A stretch of 63,155 bases of DNA, counting the filler, from Octopus bimaculoides (lineage: Eukaryota): assembly GCF_001194135.2 (NCBI RefSeq). It is 6 parts of 6 records of this genome, joined end to end, with 100 filler letters (N's around TTAATTAATTAA, not from the genome) between each part and the next. Parts side by side here need not be neighbours in the genome. Positions count along the whole stretch, not along the records: positions 37,663 to 58,810 come from NC_068993.1; positions 58,911 to 60,700 come from NC_068986.1; positions 60,801 to 63,155 come from NC_068984.1; 3 more parts are not named here. One strand, given 5' to 3'. Shown here piece after piece: positions 53,159 to 63,155 of this stretch. Below the pieces are notes generated by a model. It was not told where the DNA came from and made no database searches. It worked only from the letters and a program-made list of their open reading frames with translations. Every line of letters starts with the position of its first letter. Within the stretch, counting starts at the first letter, position 1. A program made the translations under genes and the position numbers.

Positions 53159-53689
53159 AGAATAATATACAAATGTTGATGCTATGGTTATGATAATTCA
53201 ATAGATTTATTCCATTTTTTATAGCATTTCCTTGTAGATGAAATGCTATTCCTTTGAGCGGTTAACTGTGAAGCCATTACATTGTAGAGTAACTAATGGT
53301 AGTCAATATCTTCCGAAGTTAAAAAATCCCGTAAGAAATAATCAATTGGAACTAGCTAGAAATTAAGTTATGTGTTTGATAGATAGGACATTGAACTATC
53401 GAAAGTCTTGTAAGATATCGTTTCCAACGATGAAACTTCCACATGGTACATTTACCAGCAAGAAATAGCAGTCATATTACCTCGAATTATACGTTTCCTC
53501 TTAAAACAAGACGGATACAGTGAATAATATGATAAAAGATAAATTATGTTTGCAAAGAGTAAAAAAGAAAATCGTTATTGTCACGGCTGAAACACCTTTG
53601 AGCAAAGGTCAGAGGGATCGGGGGAGATTGGGGTGGTGGTGGTGGTTAGTCCACATTATTCTGTAAGGACCATAGGGTCAGTTTCCTTG

Positions 53690-53893
53690 TTTTTCTGGCA
53701 TATATATATTCCTCCCTTGAAGGGACGCCAGTCCGTCACAGGTTTACTCGCTTTTGCCAGCTGAATGGACTGGAGCAACGTGAAATAAAGTGTTTTGCTC
53801 AAGAATACAAATGCATCGCCCAGCCCAGGAATCGAAACCACAATCTTACGATAACGAGTCCAACAACTTAACCACTAAGCCACGCGCATCCAC
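53690..53893 (-). mobile_element. SINE family C
   Basis: tRNA head, CORE-like block and CTGTGACGGACTGGCGTCCC tail. Confidence 0.8.
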
Positions 53894-55226
53894 TGAGGCT
53901 GGATTGGTAGTACTTAATAAAATACAATAACAACAACAACAATATGAGTGAGTATCATTAAATGGTTTGCCTAAGAGATCGGAGTCCACTTAAGAAATTT
54001 AGCTAAAGTGAATCCAGCTCCAGGAATTATCTCGAAATAATATTCTTTATTGCAGCAACGTGTTTTGAATTACATTTAGGCATTCATGGCCAGTTGGCGA
54101 AAGAAATTGGATTGGAAATCAACAGGGGTTGAGCAAAAATGTAGGCTATGTTAAGATTCCACGGATTTTAATAAGACAGTGTAGAAGGCGGGCACTTAGA
54201 AAATAACCCACTTTCTCCTTATACACACGATATGAGAAAAAAAGGGGCCAATCTCTTACAGCTTTGACTTGGTTTATCCACATACATACACGTATAAATG
54301 TTAGATATAGCCACACACACATACATATATACATACATACATGCATACATACATACATACATACATACATACATACATACATACATACATACATACATAC
54401 ATACAAGTTCAAGTTTATACCTTTAACTATTGGGGCCCTGGGATATGTAACACACTGCCTAAATATAATAAAGACTAATTAGGAACATTTTATGCCGAAT
54501 TCCGCAGAAATTTTCTTGGTGAAGAATCTACTGACGTGGGGTGAAGTCGAGAGCAAAGCGAGAAGAAGATGCAATTACTTTATCTGCACTTCTTACAGTC
54601 ATAATGGTTGAGGAGTAGCGGATGGGATGATTCTGTGAAATTAGTAAAAGGCTCATTTATAGTTTGGTGGGACGGGAGAGTTAGTAGCCCGTGTGATGTA
54701 GGAAAACATCCTTAGCTTTTCAGATGATTGTCATGCAGGCGTGTTGTGGTGGGTAAACACCGCCTAGTTCGTGGTGATGGGTGGCTTCCTCCAGGTGTTG
54801 TAGGGGAGAGAGGGGTGATTATCTCTTTATCAAATGATAGAAAATGATGCACAAGGCGTAACGATAGGATAAATGAGAATGTTTTCAATTCCAGTTTTTA
54901 TCATCGTAGAAGTTGACAGAAGAAAGCAAAAAAAAAAAAAAATAGGTATAGATACAAAGAGAGAAATACTGAGAGAAAGAGAGAGGGGGAGAAAGAGAGA
55001 GAAAGTGAGAGATATGAAGTAGTGATAAACACACAACAGTTTATACACAAACGCAATCTAAAATATTGGCAGATGTCGAGAAAGTGTGTGTGTGATGTAG
55101 ACAAACAAACACATAATACATAGACTCTAAGATAGACCGACTGTGAACTAGAGAGGGGAAGAGAGAAGGAGTGAGTGTCAAACAGAGAATGAAAGAGAAA
55201 TTAAGAGGGAGGGAGAGAGAGATGAA

Positions 55227-55257
<31 letters not shown>

Positions 55258-55258
55258 C

Positions 55259-55301
<43 letters not shown>

Positions 55302-55570
55302 GAGAGAAAATGAGAGGCAGATGACATACACGAATGTAAACACATACAGACTGGTTGAGTGAAAGAGAGGGAAGGATAGAAAGAGGGAGAGAGGGAGAGA
55401 GGGAGAGAGTTAGGAGGGTGAAGTATAAGACAACTTGTAAACGACCCATCTAATTAAAAGGTGTATTGATTGAGTGGTGGATGTAGAGACGATAACATGA
55501 CCTACAGATGGTGTCGAGAAGATAATGGAAAGATTAGAGAAGTCTTGTTCTAAACAAGTCCATTTTTCTA

Positions 55571-55610
55571 ACTGTCTGATGAGATCATAATAATACCGAA
55601 ACATGTTCAG
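55571..55610 (+). ncRNA. Minimal hammerhead-like motif, copy 1
   Basis: ACTGT-CTGATGA-GATCATAATAATACC-GAAA-CATGTT: intact CUGAUGA and GAAA boxes and a palindromic AACATGTT stem III; stems I and II imperfect. Confidence 0.45.
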
Positions 55611-55710
55611 AGTTGTCTTTCACACCTGCCAAAAGACGCCAACCAGCAAACGATCTTGTAGATTTAATGTACATTTATGAAGTGATTCTTCTTCGGCAAT
55701 AACGGTGAAG

Positions 55711-55750
55711 ACTGTCTGATGAGGCCATAATAATACCGAAACATGTTCAA
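55711..55750 (+). ncRNA. Minimal hammerhead-like motif, copy 2
   Basis: ACTGT-CTGATGA-GGCCATAATAATACC-GAAA-CATGTT, 140 bp downstream of copy 1; similarity extends ~68 bp. Confidence 0.5.
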
Positions 55751-56084
55751 ATTGTTTTCCACATTTAGCAAAAGAATTAAAATATCATCATTGGTAATTG
55801 AATAATATTGTTTTCATTTTTTACCCACTGTATAATTATTTCTGATCAGCTTTTAAATTCTCCTGATATTGTATACGTTAACTCTAAATCATTTATTATC
55901 ATCATCTTATCGAATCCCATACATCTAATAATTCCATACATCTTATCGAACCCTACACATCTAATAACATCCCTTTATATTTATTAATATTCCCATTTAT
56001 TCGATAAACATTCGGTGATCGATTACTAAAGCCGCTACCGCTTCTTAGACATCTCCATTTGTTCAAATTTCTCTTCTCTACTGT

Positions 56085-56458
56085 ATGTGTAAGCGCATGG
56101 ACTAGTGGTTAGGACATTCCACTCACAATCACTAGACCATGGTTTCGATTCCATGACCGGACGGCGCGTTCTTGAGCAAAACACTTCACTTCACGTTGCT
56201 CCAGTCCGCTCAGCTGTAAATGGGTCACCCTGTGATGGAATATCTTTCCGATCAGGAGGGAATGCTGGTCTGCTCGTCTAAGCAATGCAAAGCGCATTGT
56301 GACCAACGATGTATAACGACATCCAACAGTCTACTGGATTACGTGATCGCGTGATATCAATATTCTTTTATTCTTTTATTTGTTTCAGTCATATTGACTG
56401 CGGCCATGCTGGAGCACCGCCTTTAGTCGAACAAATCGACCCCAGGACTTTTCTTTGT
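56085..56458. mobile_element. Family C SINE (+, 56,085-56,360) followed by a family D tail (-, 56,362-56,458)
   Basis: tRNA head TAGTGGTTAG...GGTTTCGATTCC, CORE-like block; the D tail is reverse-complemented. Confidence 0.8.
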
Positions 56459-56634
56459 CAGTGAGTGCGTGTGTCCGTGTTAGTGTGAGTATTTTCTCGT
56501 GTCAAATTCCCAACCGCCTTTTCGCGCTTCCATCTCGGTACGCTTTACAAGTTCGTCCGACAATTGTAGTACTAGAGGCACATGAAACTATAGTAGCTAG
56601 CATTCAACCTCCCTGTTTATTGCATCTTACGCGC

Positions 56635-56679
<45 letters not shown>

Positions 56680-57029
56680 CACACACACACATACACACAA
56701 ACAAACAAACAAACACCTTAGAGTACTGTCATTTCAGTAGAAAATATAAAACCAAAACAAATGAAACCACATTCTCAGCCGATCAGCGCTTGGCTGTGCA
56801 GTGAAAACAGGCAATATAAATAAAATTACCGAGAAGTGGGAGTAATAAATCAAACCACTGTTGTTTATAAATGCTACGGACTATTATCCCACTTCTCTCT
56901 ATTTGCTTGACTTAACTATTTACGAGAGATAATATGTTTCTGGAGAGACTGCAAGAAATTGTACATAAATTCAGTTAAGATATTATAATGAGTATAAGAT
57001 TAGATAAATGTGCCAAGCTATTATAAGAA

Positions 57030-57490
57030 GAGACAAATTAACTAAAATAGAGAACATTAGTTTAGATCCAGACAACGATACCAGAGAAAGTAGAACACAA
57101 TCCACACATACAAATACTTGAAAGTAGGTGAAACTGATAAAACACAACTTAGAAATGGAGAATATCAGAAAAGAGTATTGCAGATGAGACAAAATATAAA
57201 GAAAGAACTGAACTTGGTGCTAGAAATAAGATTACTAGGTATAAGTACGTTGGCTATCCTAGTGATAAACTACAGCCTTAACATAATGAAATGGAAATTA
57301 AAAGATTTAAAGAGCTTAGATAAAAGAAAAGGATTCAGGAAACTAATAAGAGGGATCAGAAGCTACCACCCAAAAGAAGATATACGTAGAACATAGCAGG
57401 TATACAGAGAGGCTGGAGTCTGGAGTCTGTACATATAGGTAACTGCTACAAGATAACAGTGAGACTAGAAAATACTTAGAAGCCACAGCT
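57030..57490 (+). mobile_element. R4/Dong-clade LINE fragment (RT thumb region)
   Basis: YKYLKVGE...EYQKRV...IKKELN...ISTLAILVINYSLNIMKW...LDKRK..RKL....YHPKED matches the YKYLG...RRV..ILKSELN...IN.LA.PV..YS...W...LDRKTRKL...HPK.D pattern. Confidence 0.8.
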
Positions 57491-57984
57491 CAAACAATGC
57501 ACACTGAGTACTACTTACACAACATCTGCCTTGACTGGCCAATCACCATATTTATCATATAACACAAACCATACAACACATACAACACAATCAGCACCGA
57601 ACAATAGACATCAACCTATACACTTTCCACACAATCACAACTCGGTCTAATAATACGATATATACTATCGTTAGTCGACACCCGACATTAGAATGCATCC
57701 CATACACCACCAAAAACTGACACAGCTCACATTAGAACCAGGACTGCCAGTTCAACGACTTACTTTCTTGTTGTACTGCCAAGTCTTGGTAACGTGCTTC
57801 AGGCACCAACTTGTGCTATGCTAAGTTTTCTTTATTTTGTTTTCTGTGTCTCATTTTATGATCACGATGTCGTATGCCGACACGAGTTTCCTTCGTTGCA
57901 ACTTCTCATGACCTCCAGCTTCAACGGTAGCTCAAGAAACAAAAATACATAGGCGCAATTAGAGAGGGTACCCTTGGCGTACCG

Positions 57985-58110
57985 AAAGTGTATTTTGAAA
58001 TCACTCCGTTAAATTGCCGTTTTTTAAGGCCATCAAGGAGATGACATTGTGCATTGAAACAATCGAGTCTCTGAAAGTAGGATCAAAATTGACCTGAGTT
58101 TGATATCTTA
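57985..58110 (+). mobile_element. Possible Tc1/mariner transposase relic
   Basis: ITPLNC.F..AIKEMT..ETIESLK resembles DITPLDFFLWG.VKE....TIE.LK; frameshifted. Confidence 0.3.
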
Positions 58111-59317
58111 AATTGGTAAAAAGCTACGAATTTGAAGAAAGGAATGAGTTCAATCCTTGAAATCCCTTCCGCGATCTAATTGTTCTACCGCTTCTGTGAA
58201 TCTATCTCTTCTTTATACTAGTAATACAATTAAAGTGATGACCAATAAAATATATCGGGTAAGTAGGAAAGAGTGAGACACGAGAGACAAGTATGGGAAG
58301 TAGGTGAAGAAGCAGGGAAGCATTTGAAAGGAGATTTATTTAACGGTTTATGTTGACAACGTGTTTTTACGTATGAATAAGAAGAGAAAGGGGAAAGATA
58401 GATACCACATAAAATGTAGTGGGACGAACAGACAAATTAAGACGGTGAAACGATAGTAAATGTAATTAGCTAGGTTGGTTAGTTGCTGTGTTAATGTGTG
58501 ACCCTTGTCTCAACCGCCTGACAGAAAAACTGTCCATAATGTGCTAACACTGACCCGTAACATCGTTCTTTATGGTAGCTCTTTCAAGTGTGAAACCTTG
58601 AAAGGGTTACTAATAATTGTGTATGTCTGAATGCTGCTGTCGCGTCTCGCACCTACATTTCCATTTGACTGCTGAAGTGGAAACAAAGGACGAAACTGTA
58701 AGCATATTTCAATACCGAAAGATATTGACTTGATTGTACGCAAAATCAAATTTGAGTGGAGGAGGAGCGGGGCATGCAGCAGCAGCGGCAGGAGGAGGAG
58801 GAGGAGGAGGNNNNNNNNNNNNNNNNNNNNNNNNNNNNNNNNNNNNNNNNNNNNTTAATTAATTAANNNNNNNNNNNNNNNNNNNNNNNNNNNNNNNNNN
58901 NNNNNNNNNNATATATATATATATATATATACGCGGAAAGATATAAATCGATTCATACAAACGCATGTACGTGTGTATATAGTTAGATATATATCTGCGC
59001 ACATATATAACTAAAACGTATGTAAGCGAAGTTCGGAATATGGCAATGGCTATATATATATCCGTATACTTGTAGATCTGGCTGTATAAACTAACATTTA
59101 TATGCATGCCTGCATACACAGACGCAGTTTCATTGGCAAATATTATACATACCACAAACAAACAATCATAGACATATACTCACAAACAACCTGTAGCAGA
59201 CATACACACATGCTCGTGAACACACTCACACACACACTCATACACACACACGCATATATTTATATATATGTATATGTGTGTACATACATACAAGCATATA
59301 ACGTAGATATATTAATA

Positions 59318-59406
<89 letters not shown>

Positions 59407-59489
59407 CATTCATACATACACATGCACACACTCACGTTCGCGTGCACACGCAAACACACATGTATGTATGTGTGTATGTATTTTATTTT

Positions 59490-60100
59490 TTATTTTATTC
59501 TGTTACTTTTTTCAGTTACTTGAATGCAGCCATGCTGGAGCAGCATCTTTAGTCGAAGAAATCGACCCCAGGGTTTATTCTCTGTAAGCCTAGTACTTAT
59601 TCTATCGTGCTCTTTTTGCCGAACTGCTAATTGACGGGGACTAAGCACACCAACATCCCTTGTCAAGCGATGGTGGGGGGACAAACGCAGACACAAATAA
59701 CACATACATCCATGTATGTGTTACACGACGGGCACCTTTCAATTTCTGCCTCCCAAATCCACTCACAAGATTTTAGTTGGCTCGAGGCTATAGTTGAATA
59801 CACTTGCCCTAGGTGCCACGCAGTGGAACTGAATCCGGGTCCGTGTGGCTGGGAAGCAAGCTTCTTACCACACAGCCACTCCTGGATGTATAGATATATA
59901 TGAGCATATATATGTATACATACTTACAAGGGCGGCGAGCTGGCAGAATCGAGCTGTATTTCGTCTGTCGTTACTTTCTGAGTTCAAAAACCGCCGAGGT
60001 CGAGCTTGCTTTTCATCCTTTCGGAGTCGATTAAATAAGTACCAGTTACGCACTGGAGTCGATGTAATCGATATAAACCGTTTGTTTAGCCCCCTGGACA
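59490..60100. mobile_element. Family D SINE (-, 59,490-59,885) and family B SINE (+, 59,930-60,100), head-to-head
   Basis: Homology to the other D and B copies. Confidence 0.82.
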
Positions 60101-60634
60101 AAAAAAAAATATATATATATGTATACATGCATAGATACACATGCACACATATATACATACATAAATGCATACATACATGAGTGTGTGTTTGTGTAGGTAC
60201 TGATTAATAAAGATGTCTGTTTCGATTGGAAGTAAATCTCAACACTCTGTTTTCGTCTCTGCAATATTTGATGTTATAGTTTATACATATAAGCATGGTT
60301 CTTACGAACGCCCACAAGATTACATACAAATAGAATAATTATGTTCATTAGCTATAATTTAATTGTTGTAACTATATTCACATCTGTATGGTAATAGAAT
60401 ACTTTAGTATGTGTGCACATAGACATATCTTTTGAAATCTTTCTTGTGCCTGCACCTGTTTACACGAACGTTCCCATTGTTTCACTGTACTCCTCTGTAC
60501 GTTCGTTTATGCGATATGCATAATCAATGTAGGTATTTCCATAGCATGAATTTGTGTGCTTCTTTCTGGAGTACTTACCGTGAAAGAATAAACAATTCTA
60601 TGCACACACCCACAAACACACACACACACGTATA

Positions 60635-60700
<66 letters not shown>

Positions 60701-60859
60701 NNNNNNNNNNNNNNNNNNNNNNNNNNNNNNNNNNNNNNNNNNNNTTAATTAATTAANNNNNNNNNNNNNNNNNNNNNNNNNNNNNNNNNNNNNNNNNNNN
60801 CCAGCCCCACAATCTCTCTCACAAGACTTCTATCATTCCTATTATTATTGCTCCGACTG

Positions 60860-60945
60860 TTGGTATCGTTGTTGTTGTTGTTATTATTATTATTATTATT
60901 GTTGTTGTCATTGTTGCTGCCTCAGTTGTACTTGCTGCTTCTCCC

Positions 60946-60982
<37 letters not shown>

Positions 60983-61135
60983 TTGTTGTTGTTGTTGTTG
61001 TTGTATTGTGTTTGCTATTGCTGCTATAATGTTGTTCTTCCCGTTGTTGTTTTGTTGTTGTTGTTGTTGTCGTTGCAGATATTGTTGATGTTGTACTTAC
61101 TGTTGTTCTTGTTCTTGTTGCTGTTGTTTGTATCC
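60860..61135. repeat. Compound (GTT)n/(ATT)n/(GCT)n trinucleotide tract
   Basis: Seen directly; it produces the spurious poly-Leu ORF. Confidence 0.9.
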
Positions 61136-61342
61136 CTGCTGCAGCTTATTCTTTTAGTTTTCGCTTGGCTCCAGATCGAAGACCTTCCAGCCATGACAAC
61201 CCCCACCCGTTATAAGGAAATATAAAACAATACAACCCAAGCTGCAGTTTCAGTTTCCATATTTAGAACAACAGAGTAGCAGGATTGATTGCAGTTGAGA
61301 TTTGGCTGCTATTTCTTGCATGGTCGATCAACACCTGAGAGC

Positions 61343-61523
61343 ACCATTCTCAACCTTTCTAATATCCGTGCCAGATCCAAAACCTAAATCTTTTTAGGAG
61401 ACCCGCACCAAAAAATGTAAAAGAAAAAAACGTATTATATTTACAGAGAGAAGACCGTCGGGATTCGGTGGAAGGATGCTTGAGGGCCACATGCGGCCCT
61501 GGAAGTTGCGGTTGAGAACCACT
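61343..61523. mobile_element. hAT (Charlie-like) MITE relic
   Basis: Left ACCATTCTCAACCT and right GGTTGAGAACCACT; internal GGGCCACATGCGGCCC palindrome. Confidence 0.55.
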
Positions 61524-62563
61524 ACCTTAGAGGCTTCTTCAATCGTTGATTCCTTTGGGTAAGGTCTGTGTTATTTCTGTTAGCAGACACAAAGCTTCAA
61601 ACAGTAACTGACAGCACAACACGAAAGCATAACATTGTCTGAACATGAAACAGTCTCTTTAGATAAGGACGGCAACGGCACGAAACGGCTGCGAAGGAAA
61701 TGGAAGTAGAAGTGGAGATATGTATCGGTGGGTTTTAAGTAAAGGATAAATATCTAGAGACTTTGCGGTCTGTCTGTCTCTCTCTCTCTCTCTCTCGCTC
61801 ACTCCCTTTCTTTCTCTCCCTCTCTCCCTATCTCATTCTCTCTCTCTCTTACACACACACAACACAGCACACACATATATGCATGCATACAAATGCATAT
61901 ACATGGACACACGTATATATATATGTATGTGTGTGGGTTTGTATGTAACACATATATGTGTATATAAAGACATATACACGTGTATGTTTGTATGTGCGTG
62001 TACATAATATATATTATACATGCTTATACATATATATACATATGCATGCATGAATGTATATATAATTGATGTAAATATATAATATATAGACTTTTGCACG
62101 TTTTTGCACGAAAACTTATATGCACACATACATATATGCATACATACATAGTTACAATCACACAAACGCATGTATATACACACGCGTGTATGCACATACA
62201 ATGTACACTCTTGAAAGTATGTCGTCCAAATCGCTGTGACTAAAGCAACCAAAATGGCGACATTCATTTCAGTATCTCAGTAAAATTATATATGTGAAGG
62301 CGCGCGCTTATCTTTGTCTTTCTTCCTTTCGGTGTCGATGACATAAAGTACAAGTCAAGTACTGCAGTCGATGGCATTGACTAAACCCCCACCCCCTCAA
62401 AATTGCTAGCCTTGTTCTTTACTCGGAAACAATGATTATTTTCTTCTTTTTTTTTTTTGTCTGTTCGGAGATTAATATCTGCAGATATTTAGAGTTACAC
62501 TCATGTCGTACAACCTTTTGTTGATACAAAATTTGACGTGGAGGTACGTTTTTATAGACTCCT

Positions 62564-62596
<33 letters not shown>

Positions 62597-62714
62597 TACA
62601 CAGACACAAGATTCGGGTTTGCTGGAATCTAAAAACAAAAAAAATACGAAGGAGATACCATTTGTATCTGTGTCAATGAAATACTACCGTTTCTTTAGCT
62701 TCCTCACTCGTTAA

Positions 62715-62925
62715 AGCACACGATAGATGTGGTAAATGCGGCAGCAGTCGCAATACTCCGGTCGTCTGCGCAGCTGAATCTTTCATTGAAATGTCGTCTG
62801 TTTCTAGGAGGGAGATTCTTGATGCTGCCATATTGTTGTATGTCAACCAAATCGACAGACCCCGGAATAGGGAGGCATTACACCTGCAATTATAGCGCAA
62901 AAGGTGGTCATACCCGATAGCGAAG
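62715..62925 (+). mobile_element. Tc1-like transposase C-terminal relic
   Basis: VNAAAVAILRSSAQ-LNL aligns to A.VEVLPWPAQSPDLNP; ends AIIA(A)KGGHTR, like the Tc1 terminal AKGGHT.Y. Confidence 0.55.
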
Positions 62926-63155
62926 GAGCAACCACTATATTTTCATTAAGTATGATATTTAGGTGACTATTTTAATCTAATACTGCTTCTATTGCTTACA
63001 ACGGATTTTTATTCTGCTGGTCTCTGATATAGATATAGATAGATAGATATAGATAGATAGATATACATGTATATACGTGTGTGTTTTTGTGTGTGCGCGC
63101 GTGAGTGTGTATGTACGTTTATATGTATGTACATGTGTATGTATAAGTGTGTGTG

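Noticed and set aside
62699-62895. 64-codon open frame with splice-like sites on both strands, as a host exon
   Set aside because: An overlapping frame shows Tc1 transposase C-terminal motifs (SAQ-LN and AKGGHTR), so a transposon relic explains it better.

Overview
This is repeat-rich, AT-rich animal genomic DNA. The repeat families, the microsatellite load and the gap style suggest an octopod cephalopod draft assembly (inference). No host protein-coding gene could be named, and all long ORFs in the supplied track are artefacts of N-runs and microsatellites. The window is mostly tRNA-derived SINEs of four modular families, which I label A-D. It also holds R4/Dong-type and RTE LINE fragments, a degraded Penelope-like element (RT plus GIY-YIG) enclosed by ~200-bp inverted arms, Helentron-type (HINE), hAT and Tc1 remnants, and many fold-back elements. 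The main signals are: (1) a 22-kb block (13,237-35,397) where repeat copies have lost most CpGs to TpG/CpA, the footprint expected of a germline-methylated gene body, so an unidentified host gene probably lies there, although both edges coincide with 100-bp unknown-size scaffold gaps; (2) minimal hammerhead-ribozyme-like motifs (a tandem pair at 55.57/55.71 kb and a variant at 12.12 kb); (3) the inverted-arm Penelope-like element, with a TGA at a conserved Cys position; (4) a perfect 30-bp hairpin and other likely dsRNA-forming repeats. Alignments were done by eye and family names come from recalled motifs, not database searches.
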